DNA of 44,513 bases from an uncultured archaeon (GCA_964587725.1 CAZPLO010000010.1:1-44513), one strand, 5' to 3'. Shown: positions 27,538 to 37,801, numbered from the stretch's first letter. The notes: a model not told the origin generated them from the letters alone. Numbers and translations: made by a program.

Positions 27538-28136
27538 TACTTTTTCACGTCCTTCTCCCAGAACGTCATCTTAACCAAAGCACCCTTGTCGAAGCCTTTT
27601 CCGCCGGTTTCATGCAGCGTTCCCCCCCGTTCCTTCACGCAACGCCGCCCCAGGGATTCTATGGCTACTTCGCTGGGGAGGTCGACAACCCGCGGCATGC
27701 CCCGCCTCTCACGCCTGGCGATTGGTTTGCTGCTTTCGCCGTATTCCCCCATTACATTGAATCCGGGTCCGTGGTCGACGCAGACCACCGCCACACCCTT
27801 CCCGCCGCCGGACTCCACCTCCCTGGCCGCCAGAAGCCCTCCCCCGCCGTGTTTCATGGCGTTGAACGCGGCCTCATAAACGGCAAGCCCGAAATCCAGC
27901 AGATAAACGTTGGAAACGCCGAACACCTTTGACGCGAACCCCCTCATCCTCTCCTCCGCCAGCGAAGATGCGATGTCGACTTCCCCTGTCCCCATGCGGC
28001 CTTCAACCAGCATGGGCTTGCGGTAGCGTTCGCCGCCGACGGTTATCTCGTCCAACCCCCTCACCCTGGGGAGTTCGCTGCGCCGTACAATATGCTCTAT
28101 TATGTCGTCTTCCCCGCGCCGCCGTTCCCTGTTCAT
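27534..28136 (-). CDS. HATPase_c (GHKL) domain protein, RsbT/RsbW anti-sigma kinase-like
   Basis: N box AVYEAAFNAMKHGGGG, G1 box VDHGPGF, C-terminal GALVKMTFW. Confidence 0.65.
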   Translation of the reverse strand: MNRERRRGEDDIIEHIVRRSELPRVRGLDEITVGGERYRKPMLVEGRMGTGEVDIASSLAEERMRGFASKVFGVSNVYLLDFGLAVYEAAFNAMKHGGGGLLAAREVESGGGKGVAVVCVDHGPGFNVMGEYGESSKPIARRERRGMPRVVDLPSEVAIESLGRRCVKERGGTLHETGGKGFDKGALVKMTFWEKDVKKY

Positions 28137-28190
28137 CGCTTATGTTTTAGGCGCCGCCTGCTTATTTAAGGCGGAGGCTTATTTCTATAC

Positions 28191-28466
28191 ATGGATGCCT
28201 TCCAGATACTATGGGGCTCGTTCCTCCTGGTGTTGTCCATTTTGGTGCCGGGGTTTGCGGTGACGCTGGCATTGTTCCCCAGGATGGGTCAGATAAGCTG
28301 GGCTGAGCGCATAGGTTCCAGCTTCGTATTCGGCATTACTCCGCAGCTACTACTGTACTTTCTCGCCAAGAACCTGAGCGTCCCCATAGACACCACGACG
28401 TCGCTGGCCGCGGTTGCTGTAATCACGGTCGCCGGCGTGGCTGTGTGGAAGCGCAGGATTACATGA
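28191..28466 (+). CDS. Small membrane protein (DUF1616-like)
   Basis: LVPGFAVTLALFP, ERIGSSFVFG; three TM segments. Confidence 0.75.
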   Translation: MDAFQILWGSFLLVLSILVPGFAVTLALFPRMGQISWAERIGSSFVFGITPQLLLYFLAKNLSVPIDTTTSLAAVAVITVAGVAVWKRRIT

Positions 28467-28959
28467 GTAGCCCAGCGAGTTCATCTACGGTGTAGGCTAC
28501 CTTAACCTCTGCCGCCAGCTTCTTCACATTATCCAAGTCCACTTTCCTGCAGGCGAGCTCGAACTCCCGTCCGTCAACGGTCCTGCCCTTCACCTTCTCT
28601 GCTGCGTCGGTAGGCAGCACGACCACGTCGACGCCCATCTTCAACGCCTGTGACACGATGTTCGTGACGAGGCTGTCCGCCACCCCGTGGACTATCTTCG
28701 CAACCGTATTGGCGGTGCACGGCGCCACCACCACCCTATCGTATCCCCGGAGTTTCATGACTATGGGTGAACACGCCATTCTCCCCTCAACCACGGTTTC
28801 GGCTGCGTCCGTTATCCTCCCGTGGAGGCCGTACATCCTCCCCACCTCCCCGCCCGCCCCGGAGAAGGCAACGGTGACGTCGTCCAACGACTCCATCAAA
28901 GACACGCATTCCTCCAGCATCCACTCTCCGCCGGTGACGCACCACAACACAGCCATCAT
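28459..28959 (-). CDS. Archaeal flavoprotein (AfpA/HFCD family)
   Basis: WCVTGG, VVAPCTANTVAKIVHGVADSLVTN, LPTD. Confidence 0.85.
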   Translation of the reverse strand: MMAVLWCVTGGEWMLEECVSLMESLDDVTVAFSGAGGEVGRMYGLHGRITDAAETVVEGRMACSPIVMKLRGYDRVVVAPCTANTVAKIVHGVADSLVTNIVSQALKMGVDVVVLPTDAAEKVKGRTVDGREFELACRKVDLDNVKKLAAEVKVAYTVDELAGLLM

Positions 28960-28990
28960 CTACTTTTTACCTGCCGGCTAATATTAATTG

Positions 28991-29518
28991 ATGCAGGCCC
29001 AGGAAGTCCTAGACCGGATGCTCCCCTACATGGTGTTGGGGATACTGGCTGGTTTCGTTGGATTAATATACTTCATGGGTTCATCCCTTGCGTTGGAGGC
29101 GATAGTGGTGTCCGGGGGGGTGGCGGGTGGTTCAGTCATGGGCTACTACATCTACAAGTCCCTCGGGCAGGAGAAGTCCCTGGAATTCGCCGAAGGCGAG
29201 GAGGTGATTATGTCTTCAACGTCTCCCGGCTCATACGCGGTGCTGTTGAGCGTCTCAGACCAGGACTTCCCCTTCGACCCGGTGAAGGCTAACATATACT
29301 TCACTAACCTGGGCATAATAGCGGAACCGAAGGGTTCCGGGGAAGTTGGAATCTACGTTCCATTGGAGCAGGTGACGGAGTTCTCGGCCCAGGACAACGG
29401 CGTCCGCATCCGCTACCTGGACGTCAACCTCCACACCGCTGAGGTGCTGTTCTACGTGGAAAACCGCGACCTCTGGCTTCAGACCCTGGCTGACACGCTT
29501 AACGCGAAACCCAGGTGA
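28991..29518 (+). CDS. Hypothetical membrane protein with PH/GRAM-like C-terminal domain
   Basis: Two N-terminal TMs; GEEVI..ANIYFTNLGII..VPLEQV..RDLWLQTL pattern. Confidence 0.65.
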   Translation: MQAQEVLDRMLPYMVLGILAGFVGLIYFMGSSLALEAIVVSGGVAGGSVMGYYIYKSLGQEKSLEFAEGEEVIMSSTSPGSYAVLLSVSDQDFPFDPVKANIYFTNLGIIAEPKGSGEVGIYVPLEQVTEFSAQDNGVRIRYLDVNLHTAEVLFYVENRDLWLQTLADTLNAKPR

Positions 29519-29550
29519 TTTATAGAACAACTACCTAAGCCTTCTCCATC

Positions 29551-30948
29551 ATGTCCGTGAAAATCGACCCCGGATTCGAAAAAGCAATAAAGGGATTCTC
29601 CACATTGCTCGCCGGGGAAGACGACTACCTAGTGCTAAGCCACCACGACGCCGACGGCATAACCAGCTGCGCAATAACCGTCGACCTCCTCCTTTCACTG
29701 GACAAGGACGTGGAGTTCATGTGCATGAAACAGATCGACTCCGTTACCGTCGACCGGGTGAGGGACCACGGAGACCGAACCCTGGTGTTGACGGACTTCG
29801 GCAGCGGCCACCACAGCCTCCTGGAGGAGCACGGGGTGGAAGACTACTACGTCATAGACCACCACCCACCGGAGAAAGAATACCGCAAACAGATTAACCC
29901 CCACTATTTCGGCTACGACGGAGGCTGCGACATAAGCGGAGCCGGCATGGCATACTTGGTCGCTAAATCGCTCGGCCGCACCGACATGGCGCATGTGGCG
30001 GTGGTAGGCGCAGTCGGCGACATGCAGGACTCCCGAGGCGCATTGGAATCATTGAACCGCATCATAGTGGAGGACGCGGTCGCCAACGGAACACTCAAAG
30101 TCGAAAACGACCTGAGGATGTTCGGCCGGCAGTCGCGGTCGCTGACGCAGATGCTCGCGTACTCCTCAGACCCCATTATACCGGGTCTGACAGGCAACCA
30201 ACGGTCTTGTGCTCAGTTCATAGAATCCCTTGGCATCCCGTTGAAGGACAACGGCAACTGGAGGTCGTATGTGGAGTTGAGCCCGGAGGAGCGGAGGAAA
30301 CTCGCCACCGCACTCTACATTAAACTGCTGGATTTGAACACTCCAGAGTTCATCATACAGGACATGGTGGGCGAAGTGTACACTCTGGTGAGGGAGGAGT
30401 TCAAGTCGGAGCTCCGCGATTCCAAAGAGTATGCGACGGTGTTGAATGCGTGCGGCCGGCAGGAGCAGCCGGACATGGGAGTCCGCGTCTGCCTCGGAGA
30501 CCGCGGCGAACACTGGATGCACGCCAGGAGCCTGTTGGACAAACACCGCCGGCTTCTGCGGGAGGGCATAGAGTATCTGACGGACGCGGGAACGGAGGAG
30601 ATGCCGAACCTCCGGTTCTTCGACGCCGCAGGCATAATCAAGGAATCCATCATCGGCGTGGTCGCGGGCATGGCCTACGGCGCCCGCATCATACCTCCGA
30701 GCAAACCCGTCATAGCGTTCGCGGAGGACCGGGACGACCCAGGGTTCATGAAGGTGAGCGCCCGCGCTAACTGGGGTCTGGTCCGGAAGGGCCTTCACCT
30801 CGGCGAAGCCATGAACCACTGCAGCCGCATGGTGGGCGGCGAAGGCGGAGGCCACGACATCGCAGCCGGAGCCAGGATACCCCGGGGGCGCCGGCAGGAC
30901 TTCCTAGAGTGCGTCAACAGCCTGTTCCAGGAGCAGCTGTACGGCTGA
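29551..30948 (+). CDS. DHH phosphoesterase, RecJ/Cdc45-like GAN nuclease
   Basis: SHHDADG, TDFGSG, IDHH, GAVGDMQ, LNACGR, GGGHDIAAG; adjacent to rps15/pcc1/rps3ae. Confidence 0.92.
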   Translation: MSVKIDPGFEKAIKGFSTLLAGEDDYLVLSHHDADGITSCAITVDLLLSLDKDVEFMCMKQIDSVTVDRVRDHGDRTLVLTDFGSGHHSLLEEHGVEDYYVIDHHPPEKEYRKQINPHYFGYDGGCDISGAGMAYLVAKSLGRTDMAHVAVVGAVGDMQDSRGALESLNRIIVEDAVANGTLKVENDLRMFGRQSRSLTQMLAYSSDPIIPGLTGNQRSCAQFIESLGIPLKDNGNWRSYVELSPEERRKLATALYIKLLDLNTPEFIIQDMVGEVYTLVREEFKSELRDSKEYATVLNACGRQEQPDMGVRVCLGDRGEHWMHARSLLDKHRRLLREGIEYLTDAGTEEMPNLRFFDAAGIIKESIIGVVAGMAYGARIIPPSKPVIAFAEDRDDPGFMKVSARANWGLVRKGLHLGEAMNHCSRMVGGEGGGHDIAAGARIPRGRRQDFLECVNSLFQEQLYG

Positions 30949-30985
30949 CCATTTTTATACCGCCGTTACATGGTATATTACACCG

Positions 30986-31030
30986 TTTTTTCTGGGCGGG
31001 TCGGATTCGTCTGGCCCGCGCCAAGAAAGA
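30986..31030 (+). promoter_or_regulatory. Structured rps15 5' leader (candidate uS15 autoregulatory element)
   Basis: GCGGGUCGGA-UUCG-UCUGGCCCGC hairpin with two G-U pairs on the + strand plus a basal stem, between a TTTTTATA box (30952-30959) and the rps15 ATG. Confidence 0.55.
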
Positions 31031-31039
31031 GACAGAATC

Positions 31040-31498
31040 ATGGCTCGGATGCACGCCAGGAAGAAAGGAAGTTCAAAGTCGGTTAAACCCGACCGCAAAG
31101 ACGCTCCAGACTGGGTTCCATACAACAAGAAGGAGCTGGAGGAGATCATCGTGAAACTGGCGAAGGAAGGCCACACCCCCAGCAAAATAGGGCTGCTGCT
31201 GCGGGATCAGTACGGCGTCCCGGACGTGCGCCCCATCATGGGGGTGAAGCTGACACAGGTGCTGGAGAAAAACAACTTGGGGCTGAAGCTGCCGGAGGAC
31301 CTACAGAGCCTCGTCAACAAGGCGGTGGCGTTGCGCGTCCACGCAGACAAACACCCCCATGACAGACACAACCGCCGAGGCCTGCACCTGATAGAGTCTA
31401 AAATCAGGAGACTCACAAAATACTACATAAAATCCGGGAAACTGCCCGCCGGCTGGCGGTACGACCCCGAGAACGCGAGGCTGCTGGTGACGAAATGA
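31040..31498 (+). CDS. rps15: 30S ribosomal protein uS15
   Basis: MARMHARKKGSS, IGLLLRDQYG, LPEDL, LIESKIRRL, WRYDP. Confidence 0.98.
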   Translation: MARMHARKKGSSKSVKPDRKDAPDWVPYNKKELEEIIVKLAKEGHTPSKIGLLLRDQYGVPDVRPIMGVKLTQVLEKNNLGLKLPEDLQSLVNKAVALRVHADKHPHDRHNRRGLHLIESKIRRLTKYYIKSGKLPAGWRYDPENARLLVTK

Positions 31499-31722
31499 TG
31501 TGCGCCGCCGAACTTGTCACGGAGTCCGCCGACGCGGAGTCGGTGTCGAAGTCCCTCAGCGCCGACAACACGGAAATGGATTCGCTCAAGATTAAGACGA
31601 CGGTGTCCGCCGGCATGATAAAGTCCACGGTGGAGGCCGGATCCCTGGGGACGCTATTGTCCACGGTCGACGATTTACTGAGGTGCCAGATGGCCTCGGA
31701 GAGTCTGATAGAAGATGGCTAG
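31495..31722 (+). CDS. pcc1: KEOPS complex subunit Pcc1
   Basis: SLSADN...SLGTLLSTVDDLLRC; conserved position between rps15 and rps3ae. Confidence 0.85.
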   Translation: MMCAAELVTESADAESVSKSLSADNTEMDSLKIKTTVSAGMIKSTVEAGSLGTLLSTVDDLLRCQMASESLIEDG

Positions 31723-32278
31723 GAAGAAGACGGTCAGCGGGTGGAAGAGCAAGAAAACATACGCCGTACTGGCTCCGGAGGCGTTCGAGCGGAAGGAGAT
31801 GGGCGTCACCGTAGCGGACGACCCGGAAAAGATTAAAGGCAGGACCGTGTCAACTTCACTGGGCGGCCTCACAGGCGACCGCAGCAAAAACTACCTCAAC
31901 CTGGTGTTTGAGGTGAAGGACGTGAAAGGCGACAGCGCGTTGACCAAGTTCAGGAAATTCTTCATACCCGTCGGATACCTCCGCAGCAAAGTCCGGAAGC
32001 GGACGAAGAAGATAGACTACGTCCGCGACGTACCCATGGACGGCGAGAAGGTAAGGGTGAAAATCATGGTGTTGTCCCGGCACAAGGTCAGCGACGTCCA
32101 AAAAGACGAGATAAAAGCCAAGATAACCGAGGCCGTCGACGCCCACGCCAAAGATACCCTCGACAACCTCGTCCAACAAACCCTGTTCGGCAAATTCGGC
32201 ACCGAAATCTACAAAACCATCAAAACAGTCTGCCCCATCATGCGCGTCGAAGTCTACGGAATAGAAACACTAAAGTAA
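31715..32278 (+). CDS. rps3ae: 30S ribosomal protein eS1 (S3Ae)
   Basis: WKSKKTYAVLAPEAF, GRTV, YLRSKVRKRTKKID, PIMRVEV. Confidence 0.95.
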   Translation: MARKKTVSGWKSKKTYAVLAPEAFERKEMGVTVADDPEKIKGRTVSTSLGGLTGDRSKNYLNLVFEVKDVKGDSALTKFRKFFIPVGYLRSKVRKRTKKIDYVRDVPMDGEKVRVKIMVLSRHKVSDVQKDEIKAKITEAVDAHAKDTLDNLVQQTLFGKFGTEIYKTIKTVCPIMRVEVYGIETLK

Positions 32279-32287
32279 ACACCTTAA

Positions 32288-32434
32288 TACTTAATTATTA
32301 AGAAGATGGATTCCTCCACTACGTTGGACTTGGAGTTCACTCGACGGACCGAGGCCGCGTTCAAAAAATACGAAGCCGGTGAGTTCATAGAAATGGAATT
32401 CGACGAGTTTCTTGCAGAAGTTGAGAAATGGTGA
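32288..32434 (+). pseudogene. Remnant or minimal AbrB/MazE-type antitoxin (C-terminal part; ATG at 32306 gives 42 aa)
   Basis: Manual translation (YLIIKK)MDSSTTLDLEFTRRTEAAFKKYEAGEFIEMEFDEFLAEVEKW*; the in-frame stop at 32285-32287 removes the N-terminal domain. Confidence 0.55.
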
Positions 32435-32458
32435 AAAACCACAAAGGCTGCAAGGCCC

Positions 32459-32863
32459 CTAAACTGTTCTCCCGTTGGTGACGTCCAGTACGATAAATTC
32501 TATGTCTTTGAGCTGCGGGGTCTTCTCCACTATCTGTTTGACTTCTTCGGGTTTGCATTGGCTGTTCCCGCTCAGCAACAGGACCGCCACCGCAGGCTGC
32601 AGCACCATGATTTTCCACAGGTGCTGGTAGATGTCTTCCAGGCGGCCGTATTCCTGGGCGAAGACGACGTTGGGTTCCACCCACGCGAGGTCCAGTCTGC
32701 CGAAGTTGTGTGCGTTTCTGATGACGGTGCTGCCTTTCACGACCGTGAACCCCCGGCGTTCACCCACCCCGGCGTAGTAGTCGACGACGGCGTCCATGTA
32801 CTTCAGTCCGCAGTCTTTCACGTGCTCTTTCAGCGCCTGGAAGTCTGTTAGCAGCTCCCTCAT
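32459..32863 (-). CDS. Hypothetical protein, possible PD-(D/E)xK-like fold
   Basis: Start ATG 32863 overlaps the nnr stop (ATGA); GRLDLAW..VFAQEYG. Confidence 0.7.
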   Translation of the reverse strand: MRELLTDFQALKEHVKDCGLKYMDAVVDYYAGVGERRGFTVVKGSTVIRNAHNFGRLDLAWVEPNVVFAQEYGRLEDIYQHLWKIMVLQPAVAVLLLSGNSQCKPEEVKQIVEKTPQLKDIEFIVLDVTNGRTV

Positions 32864-34218
32864 CCCATGTCCCTGCACGCCTTTATAGTATCCGGTATCT
32901 TTGATATAACATCTGTGGCGGTCATGGAGACCCCGAGTTCCTCGGAGGCAAGGTCGCCTGCGAAGCCTGTTATGAACGCGCCGGCGCACGCCGCCTGCAT
33001 CCTGCCATTGCCCTGCGCCAGCAACGCCCCTACGACCCCCGCCAATACGTCGCCGGTGCCGCCGACGGTCATGTTCGGGTTCCCGGTGCGGTTCAACCGC
33101 GTCTCCACACCATCTGATACGACGTCGACTTCCCCCTTCAACACAATCACCGCCCCCGTCCCCTTGGCGGCTGAGGCAACATCGCGTTCCCTGTCCTCCA
33201 CCTCCCCGAAGAGTTTCCCGAACTCTCCCTGATGCGGAGTCAGAACCATGGTGTCGTTCAGCCATTTTTTGTCGGCGGTGCCGAGTCCGTCCGCGTCAAC
33301 AACCAGCGGCATGCTGTTGTGATCCATCAGATACTGCACCGCATCACTGCTTTTTCTGCCGAGGCCGTTGCCGAACACCATCGCGTCATACTTCATGTCC
33401 AGCACCGCCTTCACATCCTCCACCGTAACGTAGTCGCTGCTGTCCAGGGGGTGCACTATCAAATTTGGGTCGAACGGCATCTTGTCCGCGACGTACTGGG
33501 GCACGCACACCGTAACCAGGTCGACGCCCGCCTTCAACGCGGCCTGCGCCACCAACGTGGGGGTGCCGATGTATTCCCTGCAGCCTCCAAGTACCATGAG
33601 CCGGCCGTGCTCTCCCTTATGCGCTTTCTTGTCTCTCTCCGGCAGTGCGACCACGACGTCTCCGGGGCCGCAGTAGCGTTCAGCAGCCTCCGGTATTCCG
33701 ATGTCCACGACCTTCGCGCCAGGCACCTTCGCTGTGTGGAGTGAAATCACTTCATCAGCTTCCACGAGGCCGGCGGACGGCGCGTCCACGCTCACCTTCT
33801 TAGCGTCGGAGCTGTTGATTTTCTCTATGATGCCCTTCAGCGGCTCGCGGGCCTCCCCCTTCAATCCCACGCCGACGAGGGCGTCCACAATCACTTCGAA
33901 CCCATCCAGGCTGAAGTCTTTTGAATTATTTATGCTTTTCTTTAAATTATTTGGGATTTTTTCTAAATTATTTGAATTCAGTTCCGTGCGGCCGCCCTCC
34001 AAATAGTACACCGTAACGTCCGCGCCGGAGTCGATAAGGTATCGTGCTGCCACGAGTCCGTCGCCGCCGTTGTTTCCGCGTCCGCAGAACACCGCAATCT
34101 TTTTGTATCCTCTGCATTCTCCGGCTACTGCGCGGCCGGCGTTCTCCATCAGCTCCTCACCCGGCACGCCGACCCAGGCGGCGTTCAAGTCCAGCGCCCT
34201 GGAGTCCATCAGAAACAA
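32860..34218 (-). CDS. nnr: Bifunctional NAD(P)HX epimerase/dehydratase
   Basis: LMENAG, GRGNNGGDG, HKGEHG, VVDADGL, LTPHQGEF, GGTGDVLAG. Confidence 0.95.
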   Translation of the reverse strand: MFLMDSRALDLNAAWVGVPGEELMENAGRAVAGECRGYKKIAVFCGRGNNGGDGLVAARYLIDSGADVTVYYLEGGRTELNSNNLEKIPNNLKKSINNSKDFSLDGFEVIVDALVGVGLKGEAREPLKGIIEKINSSDAKKVSVDAPSAGLVEADEVISLHTAKVPGAKVVDIGIPEAAERYCGPGDVVVALPERDKKAHKGEHGRLMVLGGCREYIGTPTLVAQAALKAGVDLVTVCVPQYVADKMPFDPNLIVHPLDSSDYVTVEDVKAVLDMKYDAMVFGNGLGRKSSDAVQYLMDHNSMPLVVDADGLGTADKKWLNDTMVLTPHQGEFGKLFGEVEDRERDVASAAKGTGAVIVLKGEVDVVSDGVETRLNRTGNPNMTVGGTGDVLAGVVGALLAQGNGRMQAACAGAFITGFAGDLASEELGVSMTATDVISKIPDTIKACRDMG

Positions 34219-34240
34219 TATTACCGGGAGGCTATTATAA

Positions 34241-36418
34241 TTACATGTAGGCGGGGGTCTTCTCCTCCTCGCCCTTCCCCCGCTTGAAGCGCTTGTCGTA
34301 GCCCTTGGCCTCCTCCTCGGTCACGGACGGCTGAACCTCATTCAAGGCCTTGTCGAAGTGTTTGGCGTCCACGTAGCCGGCTTCCAAGTCTTCGCGGAGC
34401 GACGCTATCGCAGCCTCCCTGCACACCGACTCTATGTCGGCTCCGGTGTAGCCTTCAGTGCGGCGGGCGAGGTCCTCCAGGTTCACGCCCCGAAGCGGCA
34501 TGCCTTTGGTGTGGACCTTGAATATCTCATGCCGCGCCTCCCTGTCCGGCAGCGGCACCAGCACCATCCGGTCGAACCTCCCCGGTCGCAGGAGGCTGGG
34601 GTCAAGTATGTCCGGCCGGTTTGTGGCGCCGACTATCATCACGTTCTCCATCCGCTCTATCCCGTCTATCTCGGTGAGCAGCTGGTTCACCACAGTCTCC
34701 GTCACGTGGCTGCCGTAGTGCATTCCGCGGCGCGGGGCTATCGCGTCTATCTCGTCGAAGAATATTATCGTGGGGGCGGTCTGCCTCGCCTTCTTGAATA
34801 TTTCGCGTACGCCGCGTTCGGATTCGCCTACCCACATGGACAAAAGCTCCGGCCCCTTAACAGCTATGAAGTTTGCTTCGGACTCGTTCGCCACCGCCTT
34901 AGCCAGCATGGTCTTTCCGCAGCCCGGAGGACCGTACAGCAACACCGCATTGGGCGGTTTTATCCCGAGTTTCGTGAACGTTTCAGGCCGGTTCAGCGGC
35001 CACTCCACGGCCTCAATCAGCTCCTGCTTCACCTCCCGGAGTCCGCCGATGTCCTTCCACTTCACGTTCGGAACCTCCACGAACACCTCACGCAGCGCCG
35101 ACGGCTCCACGCTCTTCATGGCCTCGTTGAAGTCCTCCCTCGTCACCTTCAGGCTCTCCAGAACCTCTGTCGGTATTGTTTCGCTCTCCAAATCTATCTT
35201 CGGAAGTATCCTTTTCAGAGCGTGCATGGCCGCCTCCCTCGCCACCGCCGCCAAATCTGCGCCGACGAAGCCGTGGGTTATGTTCCCTATCCTATCCAAG
35301 TCAACGCCCTCCTCTAAGGGCATGCCTCTGGTGTGTATCTGCAGTATCTCCCTCCGCCCGTGGCGGTCCGGCACCCCGATCTCTATCTCCCGGTCGAACC
35401 TGCCCGGCCGCCTAAGCGCGGGATCCAGCGCGTCCTCCCTGTTTGTAGCAGCCACCACAATCACGTTGCCCCTGGTCATCAGCCCGTCCATCAGCGCCAG
35501 CAGCTGAGCCACCACCCGGCGTTCGACTTCCCCGCGGGTCTCCTCCCGTTTCGGGGCGATGCTGTCTATCTCGTCTATGAATATTATCGACGGCGCGTTC
35601 TGCTGCGCCTCCTCGAATATCTCCCGCAGCTTCCTCTCCGACTCGCCGTAGAATTTGTCCATAATCTCAGGCCCGTTCAAATGAAGGAAGTGTGCGTTCG
35701 ACTCCGACGCGACGGCTTTGGCCAGCAGCGTCTTCCCCGTCCCCGGCGGCCCGTACAACAGCACGCCCTTGGGGGGTTTGATGCCGAGTTTCTCGAACAG
35801 CTCCGGGTGTTTCATCGGCAATTCTATCATCTCCCTAACCCTGCTGACTTCATCCTTCAGGCCTCCTATGTCCTCGTACCGTACGGCCGGCCCCGTTAAG
35901 GCTGCGACGGTCATGGGCTTGCTCTTCACGTCCACGCTGGTGTGCTCCGTCACCTTCACTATGCCCTTCGGCTTGGTGTTGGTTACCGTGAACGATATCG
36001 CCTGCCCCAGCACGGTGATGTAGAATACGTCGCCGCTTATCACCGGCCTGCCCATGAGGACCCGTTGTTTCACGTAGGTTGAGAAGTCTTCGCCGAAGCT
36101 TATCTCGTGCCGGCTGGGGGCTATCACGAGTTTCTTCGCGTTCCTGACCTCGCCCTTCTTCACCCTGACCTTGTCTCCCAGTGAGGAGCCGCTGTTCTGC
36201 CGTATCAGTCCGTCCATGCGGATTATGCCGTGGCCTTCGTCTTCCTGGTGGCTCTGCCACACCTTCGCGGTTGTGGTCCTGCTCCCCGTTATCTCCACAA
36301 TGTCCCCCGTGGTGGCGTCTATGCTTCTGGCTGATTCCGAGTCTATTCTGACTATGCCGCGTCCCACGTCGTTCTGCAGCGCCTCAGCGACCTTCAGTTC
36401 GATTTCGTGCTCAGCCAT
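34241..36418 (-). CDS. cdc48: CDC48/VAT family AAA+ ATPase
   Basis: [10 protein letters not shown]-domain; two AAA modules ([16 protein letters not shown]; DEID; RPGRFDR). Confidence 0.97.
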   Translation of the reverse strand: MAEHEIELKVAEALQNDVGRGIVRIDSESARSIDATTGDIVEITGSRTTTAKVWQSHQEDEGHGIIRMDGLIRQNSGSSLGDKVRVKKGEVRNAKKLVIAPSRHEISFGEDFSTYVKQRVLMGRPVISGDVFYITVLGQAISFTVTNTKPKGIVKVTEHTSVDVKSKPMTVAALTGPAVRYEDIGGLKDEVSRVREMIELPMKHPELFEKLGIKPPKGVLLYGPPGTGKTLLAKAVASESNAHFLHLNGPEIMDKFYGESERKLREIFEEAQQNAPSIIFIDEIDSIAPKREETRGEVERRVVAQLLALMDGLMTRGNVIVVAATNREDALDPALRRPGRFDREIEIGVPDRHGRREILQIHTRGMPLEEGVDLDRIGNITHGFVGADLAAVAREAAMHALKRILPKIDLESETIPTEVLESLKVTREDFNEAMKSVEPSALREVFVEVPNVKWKDIGGLREVKQELIEAVEWPLNRPETFTKLGIKPPNAVLLYGPPGCGKTMLAKAVANESEANFIAVKGPELLSMWVGESERGVREIFKKARQTAPTIIFFDEIDAIAPRRGMHYGSHVTETVVNQLLTEIDGIERMENVMIVGATNRPDILDPSLLRPGRFDRMVLVPLPDREARHEIFKVHTKGMPLRGVNLEDLARRTEGYTGADIESVCREAAIASLREDLEAGYVDAKHFDKALNEVQPSVTEEEAKGYDKRFKRGKGEEEKTPAYM

Positions 36419-36466
36419 CGTCGATAGTATATGTTATGCACCCACCCTTTTAAATACCCTGTGATT

Positions 36467-37801
36467 TCACGTAGGTTCGGCTGTATACTGCTCCCAGTTG
36501 CCGTACCTGAACAACACCACACTGACCACGAACCCCAGGAACGAACCAGCCAGTATGCCCATCCAAACCCCGGACACCCCATGGACCCTCGACAGCAGGT
36601 ATGCTGCCGGAACCGAAAACACTATCACCCTTGACGCAGTCGCGGCCAGCGCGTACACCGCCTTCCCCGAGCCGAGGAACGCGCCCGAAAAAGCTATTGA
36701 AACGCCGACTACCAGATAACTGAACGGTATTATCCTAAGGAAGGACACCCCGTGTCTGACCACCTCCGGGTCGGAGTTGAATACGGTGATGATGTTGGGC
36801 GCGAACACGTAGAAGAAGAATCCAGTCACCGTCATCAACGCCGAAGACATGATGCCGGCCTTAACCGTAATCTTCCTCGCCCGCTCTGTCTTCCCGGCGC
36901 CGATGCTCTGCCCCACTATACTTACCACCGCTACGGAAACCCCGAGGGCGGGGAGTATGGCGAGGGTGTCCAGGCGGAACCCTATGCCGAATGCGGCCAG
37001 CGCCTCCGTCCCGAAGAAACCCACGATGGTGGTGAACAGGAACATCCCCACGCTCATGGTTATGTTCGACAGCGACGACGGGATGCCGACCTCGAAAATC
37101 CTTTTCACGTAGTCGAAGTCGTAGGTGAAGTTCCTCAAATCCAACGTAATCCACGACTTCCCAGAGAAAATATGGTATGTCAGATACGCCAGGCCGACGA
37201 ACCGCGCCACCACCGTAGCCCACGCCGCACCCTCGACACCCCACCCAAAGCCGAATATGAACAGGGGGTCTAACACGATATTCAACAGCGCCGCGAAACC
37301 CATCACCTTCATGGGCGTCTTCATGTCGCCTTCCCCGCGGAGTATGCTGTTGCCCACCATCACCATCAGCATGAACGCCGCGAAAAACAGCAGAATGTTC
37401 AAATAACTTAACGCCATCGCCTTAAGGGTTCCGCCGACGCCCATCCAGTCGAACAGTGTGGGGGCCGCAAGGTAGCCGGAAACCGTGAGCAGAACCCCCA
37501 GCACGCCCGCCGCCAAAACAGCATGTTCCGCCGCATTATCAGCCATCTTCTGGCTGCCGGCGCCTATGAAACGGGCCACCACAGACGCGGCGCCCATCCC
37601 CACCCCCGTCCCCAAGGATATTATCAGGAAAACGACGGGGTAGCTGACGCTCACCGCCGCCAAAGCCTCAGCGCTTATCTTCCCCACGAAGAACGCGTCC
37701 ACGATGTTGAAGGCGCTCTGGAGGGTGAATGCAACGACCATTGGCGTTGAAGCGGTTAATATTGTCTTCAGGATGCCGCCTTCGGTCAAGTCGGAACCCA
37801 T
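36467..37801 (-). CDS. MATE family efflux transporter
   Basis: DLTEG, NIVDAFFVG, LRGEGDMKTP, NIVLDPLFIF, GVEGAAWAT. Confidence 0.95.
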   Translation of the reverse strand: MGSDLTEGGILKTILTASTPMVVAFTLQSAFNIVDAFFVGKISAEALAAVSVSYPVVFLIISLGTGVGMGAASVVARFIGAGSQKMADNAAEHAVLAAGVLGVLLTVSGYLAAPTLFDWMGVGGTLKAMALSYLNILLFFAAFMLMVMVGNSILRGEGDMKTPMKVMGFAALLNIVLDPLFIFGFGWGVEGAAWATVVARFVGLAYLTYHIFSGKSWITLDLRNFTYDFDYVKRIFEVGIPSSLSNITMSVGMFLFTTIVGFFGTEALAAFGIGFRLDTLAILPALGVSVAVVSIVGQSIGAGKTERARKITVKAGIMSSALMTVTGFFFYVFAPNIITVFNSDPEVVRHGVSFLRIIPFSYLVVGVSIAFSGAFLGSGKAVYALAATASRVIVFSVPAAYLLSRVHGVSGVWMGILAGSFLGFVVSVVLFRYGNWEQYTAEPT

